DNA of 64,000 bases from Thermoanaerobaculia bacterium (GTDB lineage Bacteria > Acidobacteriota > Thermoanaerobaculia > Multivoradales > JAHEKO01), in the NCBI GenBank assembly GCA_947259725.1, contig CAMYNM010000020.1:18584-82583 (forward strand), given 5' to 3'. Each line of letters starts with the position of its first letter. The first letter of the stretch is position 1. Under the pieces are notes generated by a model. That model made no database searches. It was not told where the DNA came from and worked only from the letters and a program-made list of their open reading frames with translations. This document shows positions 49,571 through 59,394 of this stretch, in pieces. The translations under genes were made by a program, and so were the position numbers.

Positions 49571-50479
49571 ATGAAGGTTGCGATCTCCGGCGGTACCGGT
49601 CTCATCGGCCGCGCCCTGGCAGCCCGGTTGCTCGGGGCGGGCAAGAGCGTCGTGGTCTTGAGCCGCCGGCCCGCGGCGGTGAAGGAGCTGCCGGCAGGAG
49701 CCCAGGTGTCAGCCTGGGACTGTCGGTCGGCCGGCCAACTCCTGCCCCTCCTCGACGAGGTTGATGCCTTCGTGCATCTCGCGGGCGAGAACATTGGTGC
49801 CGGACGCTGGACCGCCGAGCGAAAGGAGAGAATCCGCGCGAGCCGTGTCGCGTCCACGGTGGCGTTGGTCAAGGCGTTCGAAACCTCGCAGGCGCCACCC
49901 AGCGTGCTGGTGCAGGGCTCGGCGGTGGGCTTCTACGGCACCGAGGCCGAGGGTGCTGTCGACGAGACCGCTCCGGCTGGCGATGACTTCTTGGCCGGTG
50001 TCTGTCGGGAGTGGGAGGAGGCGGGAGCCCCGGTTGCGGAGCTGGGCGTGAGGCGGGTGATCGCAAGAACCGGTGTGGTCTTCGCCGCCGAGGATGGCGC
50101 GCTGCCCAGAATCGTGATGCCCTTCCGGCTGTTTGCCGGCGGGCCCGTCGGCCGCGGAGACCAGGTTCTCTCCTGGATTCACCTGGAGGACGAGGTCGGT
50201 GCGATCGCGCACTTGGTCGACGATCAAGGCGCCGAGGGCGCCTTCAACCTGACGGCGCCCGAGCCGGTCACCAATCGACGGCTGGCGCGGGTGCTCGGCA
50301 GGGTGCTCGGCCGGCCGAGTTTCGTGCCGACACCAGCCTTCGCCTTGCGCCTGGCGCTCGGAGAGATGTCCACTCTGGTGCTCGACGGCCAGCGCGCGGT
50401 GCCCGCGCGCCTGATCGAGCGCGGTTACGAGTTTCGATTCCCGCAGCTCGAGCCGGCGCTTCGGGACTTGCTTTCCTGA
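49571..50479 (+). CDS. TIGR01777/YfcH-family NAD-dependent epimerase-like protein (SDR39U1)
   Basis: MKVAISGGTGLIGRALAARLL N-terminus. C-terminal DUF1731-like region. Internal ATG of track ORF 49511..50479. Confidence 0.8.
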   Translation: MKVAISGGTGLIGRALAARLLGAGKSVVVLSRRPAAVKELPAGAQVSAWDCRSAGQLLPLLDEVDAFVHLAGENIGAGRWTAERKERIRASRVASTVALVKAFETSQAPPSVLVQGSAVGFYGTEAEGAVDETAPAGDDFLAGVCREWEEAGAPVAELGVRRVIARTGVVFAAEDGALPRIVMPFRLFAGGPVGRGDQVLSWIHLEDEVGAIAHLVDDQGAEGAFNLTAPEPVTNRRLARVLGRVLGRPSFVPTPAFALRLALGEMSTLVLDGQRAVPARLIERGYEFRFPQLEPALRDLLS

Positions 50480-50489
50480 GGGAGGATCC

Positions 50490-50954
50490 GTGGAGGGAAT
50501 ACGGCAGGGCGACATCCCCGGCGTCCAGCTGAGGCGCCGCCAGCTGGTGCTCGGAATGACGCCCGCGGGACTGTGGCCCCACCTGGCCGAGCCGGTCAAG
50601 TTGAGTCAGTGGCTCGCGGACCGCGTTCGTTCCGAGCCGGGGCCTCCGGTCGTGTTCCGGCTCGAGACCGACCAACCGAACGACTCGGCGCGAGAAGAGT
50701 ACGCCGAAGTCGTCGAGTGGTCTCCGCCGCGAAGGATGGTCCTGGGCTTCCGAGAGCTCCATGCCGACTGGAGGTCGGCCACCTCGCTGACCCTCGAGTT
50801 GCATCCGGTCGCGCAGGGTTGCGAGGTCATGGTTTTCCAGGAGGGCTTCCAGCAGCTTCCACTATCGCTCGGGCTGACCGTCTGGGAGCGCTCGCGGTTG
50901 CGATGGACGGCCGCTTTGGGACGCCTGGCGCAGCTGGCGGAACTGGCTTCCTAG
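50490..50954 (+). CDS. SRPBCC / AHSA1-like small protein
   Basis: LGMTPAGLWPHLAEPVKLSQW resembles the conserved N-terminal block of Aha1/SRPBCC polyketide-cyclase-like proteins. Confidence 0.55.
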   Translation: MEGIRQGDIPGVQLRRRQLVLGMTPAGLWPHLAEPVKLSQWLADRVRSEPGPPVVFRLETDQPNDSAREEYAEVVEWSPPRRMVLGFRELHADWRSATSLTLELHPVAQGCEVMVFQEGFQQLPLSLGLTVWERSRLRWTAALGRLAQLAELAS

Positions 50955-52159
50955 CGGCTCCACGCCGCGCCGATGGACGCGGCCACCTGGTCGCGAACGT
51001 CGGGCGGAGTGTAGACGCGGAACCGTTCGATTCGCGCGAGATGCCGGATGAACTGGCTGGACTCTTCCATCGAGCGCAACGAGCCGTCGGAGTGGCGCAC
51101 CAGAACACGAGACTGACCCAGGCGGTGCGGGTCCTTGGCTGAGTTAGAGACCAGCAGCCGATGCTCGCCGAACTGCCGGCGCACCTCGGCCAGCAGAGCG
51201 GTGAACCGGTCCCGTTCCTCGCGCGTCAGGTGCTCGTCTGTTTCGAAGGCCAACCGGTAGTAGAGACGGTCGACGACCGCCCGCGCGTGCGGACTGCCGG
51301 ACTCACGCATCAGCGCCATGGTGGAAACGTCGTCGTGCCCGAGAAAGGTCTTCGCCGCCGACGGCCACTGCCGGTTCTGCTCCGACAGCCATTCGTTGAA
51401 ATGCAGCTCCAGAGCCTTGACGGTGAGGTTGAAGTAGACCTGGGTAAACATGTAGTAGCGGGCCATGACCAGCGCTTCGAGTGCGTGGACACCTCCTTCT
51501 TCGACACCGAGGCCCCAATCGCCGGTTTCAGGGTCTTCTATCGGCTCCATGGTCTCGAGGATCCGGGCGAGGTCGTAATTGCCGTACCGCACGCCGCAAT
51601 ACAAACTGTCGCGCAACAGATAGTCCATCTTGTCGACATCGAGCTCACCGGAGATCACCTGGGCGCAGAGCCGCCGGCGGGGTTCCTCGGGTTTGCCCAG
51701 CAGCTCGCAAACGTCCTGCGCGGTGATGCCGTCGCCGAAGTCGGCGAAGATTCTGACCACGTCGTCGGTGAGCAGAATGCGCCGGGTCATTTCCTCATGG
51801 TCGATGCCGTCCTCGAAAAGATCCTCGGCCGAATGGCTGAAAGGCGCATGGCCGACGTCGTGCACCAGAGCCGCGACCCGCAAAAGGCGGCGTTCGACGG
51901 AGGATTGTCCCGGTGTCAACAAGTCGGGAGCCTTGGCCGCCAGGGCGTCGTAGACCCGCCCGGCCAGGTGCATGGCGCCGAGAACGTGACTGAATCGGCT
52001 GTGCTCGGCTCCCGGAAAGACCAGGTAGGCGAATCCGAGCTGATGAATCCAGCGCAGGCGCTGCACCGGCAGGCTATTGATCAGCGCGTGTTCGAGCGGG
52101 TCGGCGTGGATGAAGCCGTGGATCGGATCGCGGTACGAGGCCTGCCGCTGAAGGGTCAC
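50951..52159 (-). CDS. HD-domain dNTP triphosphohydrolase, SAMHD1/EF1143-like
   Basis: GFIHADPLEHALINS..., RFSHVLGAMHLA, LVHDVGHAPFSH and ELDVDKMDYLLRDSLYCGV are family signatures. The start was chosen as GTG 52157-52159, just after the gltP-like stop. The first ~110 aa of the track ORF overlap that gene and are rejected. Confidence 0.75.
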   Translation of the reverse strand: MTLQRQASYRDPIHGFIHADPLEHALINSLPVQRLRWIHQLGFAYLVFPGAEHSRFSHVLGAMHLAGRVYDALAAKAPDLLTPGQSSVERRLLRVAALVHDVGHAPFSHSAEDLFEDGIDHEEMTRRILLTDDVVRIFADFGDGITAQDVCELLGKPEEPRRRLCAQVISGELDVDKMDYLLRDSLYCGVRYGNYDLARILETMEPIEDPETGDWGLGVEEGGVHALEALVMARYYMFTQVYFNLTVKALELHFNEWLSEQNRQWPSAAKTFLGHDDVSTMALMRESGSPHARAVVDRLYYRLAFETDEHLTREERDRFTALLAEVRRQFGEHRLLVSNSAKDPHRLGQSRVLVRHSDGSLRSMEESSQFIRHLARIERFRVYTPPDVRDQVAASIGAAWSR

Positions 52160-52170
52160 CGGCGTTGTGC

Positions 52171-53418
52171 TCAGGCCGCGACAGCGGTGTCGACCTCTTC
52201 GCCTTCTGATTTGGCGATGATCGCTGCGCCGCACGAGTCGCTGAAGATGTTGATCGCGGTACGGTACATGTCCAGTGGCCGATCGACCGCGAGCATCGCT
52301 CCGACGATGACGTCGACCTCGGGTCCGCGCAGGTTGACCGCTTCGAGAACGATGAAAATCACCACCAGACCCGCCGAAGGCACGGCGGCCGCCCCGATCG
52401 AGGCCAGCAGAGCGGTGAGCACCACTACCATCTGCGCTCCGATGGTAAGGTCGACGCCGAGCACCTGCGCGATGAAGAGCACGCCGGCGCATTCGTAGAG
52501 CGCGGTCCCGTCCATGTTGATCGTGGCGCCCATCGGCAACACGAACGACGAGATGCGATTGGAGACCCCTACCTTCTTCTCGACGTTCGAGATCGTCACC
52601 GGCAGGGTCGCGGCAGATGAGCTCGTCGAAAACGCCATGAGGAGGGCATCCATCATGTTGCGAAAATGGATCTGCGGTTTGATGCGGCCGAGCAGGATCA
52701 GAATCAGCGGCAGGGTTACGAACAGATGCACGGTCAGGCTGATCGCGATGGTCAGCATGTACATGCCCAGCGCCCGGAAGGACTCGAGCCCGGACGTTCC
52801 GACGAGCCGCGTGATCAGCCCGAACACTCCGAGCGGCAAGAACACGATGATCCCGGCGGTGAGCTTCATCATCGCCTGAAACCCCGCGTCGAAGACCTCG
52901 ACCAGCACCGTTCGGGGCTTTTCGGGGAGGTGCGCGAGTGCCATCCCGAACACGATGCAGAAGAAGATCACCGAGAGCATCTTCGACTCGGAGGCGGCGC
53001 CGAAGAAGTTCTCCGGCACGACGTCGAGCAAGACGTCGATTGGGGAGCTCGGAGCCGCCAACTCGGGTAGCGTGGCTTGCTGGGCGCTGCCCATATTGGC
53101 GCCCACGCCGGGCTTGATGAGGTTGACCGCGAACAGACCAGCCAGGATGGCCAGGGCGCTGGTCAGAACGTAGTAGCCCAGCGTTTTGCCGAAGAGGCGC
53201 CCCAGATCCCGTCCACCGCCGATCGAGGCCACTCCTGACACGATCGAAGTGATGATCAGCGGCACGATGATCATCTTGAGCAACGAGATGAACAGCGTGC
53301 CGAGCCAGCCGACCTTGCCGACCACTGCTTCGCCGCCCGCGAGGCCGGTGGCGATGCCGACGGCCATGGCGATCAGGATCTGCCAGTGCAGCTTCCTGTA
53401 CCAGCGTTGATTTTCCAT
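52171..53418 (-). CDS. dicarboxylate/amino-acid:cation symporter (DAACS, GltP-like)
   Basis: Polytopic. SSSAATLP and GATINMDGTALY (NMDGTA) hallmark motifs. Confidence 0.88.
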   Translation of the reverse strand: MENQRWYRKLHWQILIAMAVGIATGLAGGEAVVGKVGWLGTLFISLLKMIIVPLIITSIVSGVASIGGGRDLGRLFGKTLGYYVLTSALAILAGLFAVNLIKPGVGANMGSAQQATLPELAAPSSPIDVLLDVVPENFFGAASESKMLSVIFFCIVFGMALAHLPEKPRTVLVEVFDAGFQAMMKLTAGIIVFLPLGVFGLITRLVGTSGLESFRALGMYMLTIAISLTVHLFVTLPLILILLGRIKPQIHFRNMMDALLMAFSTSSSAATLPVTISNVEKKVGVSNRISSFVLPMGATINMDGTALYECAGVLFIAQVLGVDLTIGAQMVVVLTALLASIGAAAVPSAGLVVIFIVLEAVNLRGPEVDVIVGAMLAVDRPLDMYRTAINIFSDSCGAAIIAKSEGEEVDTAVAA

Positions 53419-53533
53419 TCGCGGTCAGACCCTACGGCAAGCGCGGGGCGGTTGCAAACGGGTTCGGAGTCGGGAGGAGGGAGCGCCTCAGCGCCGCGCG
53501 AACGGCGGGCGCGCTCGATTGGGCGCGGCCGAG

Positions 53534-53692
53534 CTAGCCACTCTTGGAGGACGCCTTATCCGCATCTGCGTCGTCGCCCTCTTGGGAGCTTCCGCATTTG
53601 GGGCAGGCAGCGTCGTTCTTACCGAGGTCGTAGTACTTGGTGCCGCAACTCGGGCATTCGTGTTTGGATCCAAGTTCGATTGTGGCTGACAT
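53534..53692 (-). CDS. TIGR02300 (FYDLN_acid) family zinc-ribbon protein, 52 aa; not in the supplied ORF track
   Basis: Translated by hand on the minus strand: MSATIELGSKHECPSCGTKYYDLGKNDAACPKCGSSQEGDDADADKASSKSG. It has CPxCG...YYDL.N...CPKCG architecture, an acidic tail, and a GAGGGG RBS 8 nt upstream. Confidence 0.7.
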   Translation of the reverse strand: MSATIELGSKHECPSCGTKYYDLGKNDAACPKCGSSQEGDDADADKASSKSG

Positions 53693-53721
53693 CGGCTACC
53701 CCTCGCTGCCTGTGGAGCGGG

Positions 53722-53750
53722 AAGGTAGCATTCGCCCCAGGGGGTGTCAA
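53722..53750 (-). promoter_or_regulatory. sigma-70-like promoter candidate for the zinc-ribbon gene (TTGACA-17-TACCTT, minus strand)
   Basis: The -35 is at 53745-53750 and the -10 at 53722-53727. The -10 is weak. Confidence 0.35.
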
Positions 53751-53839
53751 GGTGGCCCGGCCCCGTGAGCGCGCAAAGGCCCCACGGCGTTCTTGGGAGC
53801 CGGTCGGCCAGCCTGGGGTGACCCCAGAGGCGCGGGCTC

Positions 53840-53905
53840 TCAGTCCGACCAGAGGAAGCCGGTGAGAAAGTTGATGAGGTCGGAAACGTTGAGAATGGTG
53901 AACAT
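53840..53905 (-). CDS. candidate 21-codon small ORF (MFTILNVSDLINFLTGFLWSD) with strong RBS; alternatively part of a small RNA
   Basis: Hand translation of the minus strand. AAGGGAG lies 8 nt upstream of the ATG. It sits in a locally AT-rich islet and is preceded by a sigma-54-type promoter match. A GC hairpin (CTGGGG-tca-CCCCAG) lies 10 nt after the stop. Confidence 0.3.
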   Translation of the reverse strand: MFTILNVSDLINFLTGFLWSD

Positions 53906-53962
53906 GTCGCTTACTCCCTTCTAGAGGCTCAGGGGAACCTTGTGTTCCGTCTCTTGGAATAG

Positions 53963-53978
53963 AGCAGGCTCTGTGCCA
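53963..53978 (-). promoter_or_regulatory. sigma-54 (-24/-12) promoter-like element TGGCAC-agagc-CTGCT on the minus strand
   Basis: GG and GC dinucleotides are separated by the canonical spacing. It lies ~45-60 nt upstream of the small ORF start. Confidence 0.4.
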
Positions 53979-54204
53979 GCCATTTCTTTTCCTTGACTGA
54001 AACGGAAAGAACTGAAAACAGGACACTTACGCTCAGAGCGAAGCGGCGGTGCGGTTTCAAAAACGGTTGCGAGCAGGAGTAGGCGCCACTTTTTCGGCGA
54101 AAGCGACCAAAGAAGCGGCGGGCCGGGATCTTGCAGAACGGAGCCTTGCCGCGCTCTGGGGGAGCGGTTAGGATGAGCGCCCCCCGGTTCGCGGCCGAGG
54201 AACC

Positions 54205-54942
54205 ATGCATCGAATCCTCTCCATTTTCGGCCTCCTGTCGCTCGCCTTGGGGTCGGTGGGCTACTGCGGAGAGCTGTCCGCCGAGGCCGGCGCCAGTCCG
54301 TTCGATCGGAGTCTGTCCCCGTCCCAGCGCCTCGAAGCGCTCGCCGAGAGGGTTCGCCTGGCGCACGAGTCGCTCGAAACGTTGGAAGCGGACTTCTCCC
54401 AGGTCAAGGAGAGCGGCTTGCTTCTGGAGCCGGACCGCGCGAGCGGGCAGTTCTCGTACAGCGCCCCGGACAAGGTCCGCTGGGAGTATCTGAATCCGGA
54501 TCCGATCTCGCTGGTCATCGCCGACAGCACGATGACCACCTGGTATCACGATATCGGTCAGGTCGAACAGGCAGCCGTAGGAGCTCAGGCCGATCGCGTC
54601 CTGCGCTATCTGGGCGCCGGAACGTCGCTCGACAGACTGTTGGAGTACTTCACCGTCACTCTGCGGGTGGCTCCCGAGGAAGACGAGCCCTTGAAACTCA
54701 AGCTCTCCCCTCGGTTCGAGCGGGTCGCCAAGCGGATTCGAGAGATGGAGCTGTGGCTCGATCCGGATCTGTTCCTGCCGGTCCGCCTTCGCTACGTGGA
54801 GGGTGACGGAGACGTGACCGAGTACCGATTCGCGAACTTCCGCAGGAACGAGGGCATCGAGGCGAGTCGGTTCGAGCTCGAGTGGCCCGAAGAGGTCGAG
54901 GTCAGGCTGATTCGCCTCAACGGCCGCGCCGGGGCTCCCTGA
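54205..54942 (+). CDS. outer-membrane lipoprotein carrier protein LolA-like (periplasmic)
   Basis: Signal peptide, then a LolA-like pattern (ETLEADFSQVKESGLL...GQFSYSAPDKVRWEY). Confidence 0.65.
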   Translation: MHRILSIFGLLSLALGSVGYCGELSAEAGASPFDRSLSPSQRLEALAERVRLAHESLETLEADFSQVKESGLLLEPDRASGQFSYSAPDKVRWEYLNPDPISLVIADSTMTTWYHDIGQVEQAAVGAQADRVLRYLGAGTSLDRLLEYFTVTLRVAPEEDEPLKLKLSPRFERVAKRIREMELWLDPDLFLPVRLRYVEGDGDVTEYRFANFRRNEGIEASRFELEWPEEVEVRLIRLNGRAGAP

Positions 54943-54993
54943 AGCCGCCGAAACCCGCTGCCCCTCTGAGCTCCTGAGCGCCACCCGAACTGA

Positions 54994-56136
<1,143 letters not shown>

Positions 56137-56144
56137 GTTTCTCG

Positions 56145-56447
56145 ATGCTTGCTCTTGCCCAGGCGGCGGCCCAGCCGAGCCCGTTCCTGCAACTGGTACC
56201 GATCGTCCTTATCTTCGGTATCTTCTATTTTCTGCTGATCGCGCCGATGCGCAAGCGCCAGAAGGCGCTTCAGCGCATGATCGAGGAGCTTGAGAAGGGA
56301 GACCGGGTGGTCACCTCGGGCGGCCTGCACGGAGAGGTCGCCGCTCTGGTTGGCAACGCCGTCCTGCTCAAGGTGGCCGACAACATCAAGGTCAAGGTTT
56401 CGAAGTCGGCGATCGCTGCGCTGCAGGAATCGGAGAGCGACGGCTGA
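56145..56447 (+). CDS. yajC: preprotein translocase subunit YajC
   Basis: Single TM (LVPIVLIFGIFYFLLIAPMRKRQK) plus a conserved C-terminal region. Positioned before secD. The track start is TTG at 56133, overlapping the tgt stop; the ATG at 56145 is preferred. Confidence 0.8.
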   Translation: MLALAQAAAQPSPFLQLVPIVLIFGIFYFLLIAPMRKRQKALQRMIEELEKGDRVVTSGGLHGEVAALVGNAVLLKVADNIKVKVSKSAIAALQESESDG

Positions 56448-56449
56448 AT

Positions 56450-58024
56450 ATGAAGAAGGGGCTACTCTGGAAGGGGCTGCTGATCGGCGCGATAGTGCTC
56501 GTGGGCGCGCTTTCGGCCTATCCCCTGCAGGAGAAGATCAAGCTTGGCCTCGACCTGCGCGGCGGAACCTATCTGGTGCTTCGGGTCGAGGTCGAAGATG
56601 CGCTCGGCGCCGAGACCGACAAGGACACCGCTCGACTGGTGCAGGAGCTTCGCGATCGGAGCGTCGCTACCGCCAGCGCGACCAGAACCTCTTCGACGGA
56701 ATTCGATCTGCTGGGCGTCGGTACCGATCGATCGAGCGACATCTCGGAGATCGCCGAGGAGTTCCTGCCCGGATGGGACTACCAGCGGCGCGCGGACCGC
56801 GTCGGGTTCAGAATGAAGCCGCAGAACGAGAGCACGATCGCGAACCAGTCGGTCAAGCAGGCGCTCGAGACCATCAGGAACCGGGTCGACGCGTTCGGCG
56901 TCTCCGAGCCCACCATTCAACGCCAGGGGCTCGAGGGCAACCGCATCGTGGTTCAGCTGCCGGGTGTCGACGATCCGGAGCGGGTCAAGAAACTCATCAA
57001 GAACACGGCGTTCCTGGACTTTCGCCTGGTGGCGTTTCCGCCCGACGGCGGGGGAGTCCAGTCGCGCGAGCAGATCCTCGGCAACTACGGCGGCAGCCTG
57101 CCCGATGACGTCGAGATTCTCGAGGGCCCGATTCGCGACAGCAGCGGCGACCTCGTCGGCGTCCAGTACTACGGAGTCGAGAAGCGCTCGGTGATCACCG
57201 GCAGGGATCTGAAGGACGCGCGGCCGGGACTGGGCGACTTCAATCAACCGATCGTCAACTTCTTCCTGACCCACGACGGCGGCAAGAGATTCGGAGAGAT
57301 CACTGGCGACAACATCGGGCGCGGTCTGGCGATCGTTCTCGACGGCAAGGTGCGCTCTGCACCGACTATTCGGGCGAAGATCAGCGATAGCGGGATGATC
57401 GAGGGCTCGTTTACCCGCCAAGAGGTAGAGGACCTATCTACCGTGCTCAAGTCGGGTGCTCTGCCGGCGGCGATCACCTATCTCGAGGAGCGCACTGTGG
57501 GGCCGTCCCTCGGACAGGACTCCATCGACCAGGGGCTCAAGGCGGGCCTCCTGGGAATGGCTCTGGTGGTCTTGACGATGTTCGTGGTCTACAAGGCCAC
57601 CGGAATGAACGCGATTGTGGCCCTGGCGCTCAACATCATCCTGATATTCGGCGCCCTGGCCTACTTCGGCGCCACGTTGACCCTGCCTGGAATCGCCGGC
57701 ATCGTTCTCACCATCGGCATGGCCGTGGACGCCAACGTGCTCGTCTTCGAGCGGATTCGCGAAGAGCTGAGGCACGGCAGGACGGTCAAGTCGGCCATCG
57801 ACGCCGGTTTCGGCAAGGCGCTCTCTTCGGTTCTTGATGCCAACATCACGACCTTGCTCGCGGCGCTTTTCCTCTTCCAGTTCGGAACCGGGCCGATTCG
57901 GGGCTTCGCGGTCACGCTATCGGTCGGCATCTTCGCGTCGCTGTTCTCGGCGATCTTCGTCAGCAGGTGGCTCTTCGACCTCATTCTTTCCCGCCGCCAG
58001 CGAGTGGACCGTCTCTCGATCTGA
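56450..58024 (+). CDS. secD: protein translocase subunit SecD
   Basis: N-terminal TM, large periplasmic domain, C-terminal 5-TM RND-like bundle (GIAGIVLTIGMAVDANVLVFERIRE). Confidence 0.9.
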   Translation: MKKGLLWKGLLIGAIVLVGALSAYPLQEKIKLGLDLRGGTYLVLRVEVEDALGAETDKDTARLVQELRDRSVATASATRTSSTEFDLLGVGTDRSSDISEIAEEFLPGWDYQRRADRVGFRMKPQNESTIANQSVKQALETIRNRVDAFGVSEPTIQRQGLEGNRIVVQLPGVDDPERVKKLIKNTAFLDFRLVAFPPDGGGVQSREQILGNYGGSLPDDVEILEGPIRDSSGDLVGVQYYGVEKRSVITGRDLKDARPGLGDFNQPIVNFFLTHDGGKRFGEITGDNIGRGLAIVLDGKVRSAPTIRAKISDSGMIEGSFTRQEVEDLSTVLKSGALPAAITYLEERTVGPSLGQDSIDQGLKAGLLGMALVVLTMFVVYKATGMNAIVALALNIILIFGALAYFGATLTLPGIAGIVLTIGMAVDANVLVFERIREELRHGRTVKSAIDAGFGKALSSVLDANITTLLAALFLFQFGTGPIRGFAVTLSVGIFASLFSAIFVSRWLFDLILSRRQRVDRLSI

Positions 58025-58054
58025 GGAACCGACGGCTCTTTCGAAGGACACGAG

Positions 58055-59251
58055 ATGCAGTTTTTCGCCGATTCGAAAATCCAGTTCATGCGCTACCGGC
58101 GTTTCTGGGTGATTTTCTCGTTCGCGCTGTTGCTGCTGGCGACGGTCGAGATCTTCGTCAAGAAGCTCAACCTGGGCATCGACTTCGCCGGCGGGACGCA
58201 GCTGACCCTGAAGCTCGCGGAAGCGGCCGAGATTGAGACGCTGCGCTCGATCGTGGCCGCGGCCGGCGTGCCCGACGCTGTGATCCAGCGCTTCGGCGTC
58301 GCCGGCGCCAACGAGGTCCTGATCAAGACGCCTTTGGTCGAAGGGTCGGAAGAGGGAAGCCAGGCGCTGGTCATCGAGGCGCTCAACCAAGAGATCGACA
58401 ACCTGGGCGCGGGGCTCGACCTCAACCGTGTCGGTCGCGAGGCGGTCTCGGCGTTTCTGCTCGAGCGCGATCCTGACGGGCGGGTGCCTGAGGCGGTCGA
58501 CCCCGCGGCCCTCGCGGATCCGGATCCCTACGGCCCGGTCGCGGACGCGATCCTCGACCTGCGGCGCGAAGAAGGCCTGATTGCCGGCTGGGAGCAGGTG
58601 TCGGCACTCCCCCAGGTGACTCCGCAGGCGCTGGCGGCGCTCGAAAACGGCGCCCGGCTGGGGAAGCTCTCCCTGCTCGGCGCCGAGAACGTCGGGCCCC
58701 AGATCGGATCCGAGCTGCGCAAGAAGGGGCTTCTCGCGATCCTTTCGTCCATGCTCGGGATGCTCATCTACATCTGGTTTCGGTTCGAGCTTCGCTTTGG
58801 CGTCGGAGCGCTGGTCGCGGTTGTTCATGACGTGTTCATTACCGTCGGCCTCTACGCCTTCGCGGGCTTCGAGTTCAACCTGACCACGATTGCCGCGTTC
58901 CTGACCTTGGTGGGCTATTCGGTCAACGACACGGTCGTGGTCTTTGATCGGGTCCGGGAGAATCTCAGACGGTCGAAGAGCCTGGACCTGGAAGAGACCA
59001 TGAACCTGAGCATCAACCAGACGCTCTCGCGGACCGTGCTGACATCCGGCACCACTCTCCTGGTGGTGGGCTCGATTCTGGTTCTCGGCGGAGACGTGCT
59101 GCGGGGATTCGCGTTCATCCTGACCATCGGGGTGATCGTCGGGACCTACTCGTCGATCTACATCGCCAGCCCGTTCGCCCTGCTTTGGGAAAACTGGTTC
59201 GGACGCGGTTCGCGCGCGCGCCGGCAGGGCGCTCGCGCCGCTTCGGCCTGA
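58055..59251 (+). CDS. secF: protein translocase subunit SecF with an enlarged periplasmic domain (ComEA-like helix-hairpin-helix insertion)
   Basis: SecF TM bundle (TIGVIVGTYSSIYIASP...). The periplasmic loop is ~190 aa versus ~100 typical and contains GPVADAILDLRREEGLIAGWEQVSALPQVTPQALAAL. Confidence 0.85.
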   Translation: MQFFADSKIQFMRYRRFWVIFSFALLLLATVEIFVKKLNLGIDFAGGTQLTLKLAEAAEIETLRSIVAAAGVPDAVIQRFGVAGANEVLIKTPLVEGSEEGSQALVIEALNQEIDNLGAGLDLNRVGREAVSAFLLERDPDGRVPEAVDPAALADPDPYGPVADAILDLRREEGLIAGWEQVSALPQVTPQALAALENGARLGKLSLLGAENVGPQIGSELRKKGLLAILSSMLGMLIYIWFRFELRFGVGALVAVVHDVFITVGLYAFAGFEFNLTTIAAFLTLVGYSVNDTVVVFDRVRENLRRSKSLDLEETMNLSINQTLSRTVLTSGTTLLVVGSILVLGGDVLRGFAFILTIGVIVGTYSSIYIASPFALLWENWFGRGSRARRQGARAASA

Positions 59252-59394
59252 GAGCCCCCCGAAGCTTCCCCGGTCGGCCTCCAGGGGTCGCAGCCGGCCC
59301 TCGCGGATTGTGGCGCCGGCCAACCTATAATCTCGGTGTGGCGGGCGCACGCTCCGGGTCGATCCGGGAAGCGGTCGCGGGCCGCTGACGCCGA

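Noticed and set aside
53619-54026. Track ORF 53619-54026 (135 aa, GTG start) covering the AT-rich islet
   Set aside because: It is Arg-rich and overlaps the TIGR02300 gene in another frame. The short RBS-preceded ORF and promoter-like elements explain the region better.
59300-59340. TATAAT hexamer upstream of the rel gene as a promoter
   Set aside because: A perfect -10 is present, but no acceptable -35 lies at 16-18 nt spacing (the TTGTGG is 12 nt away). It is left unannotated.
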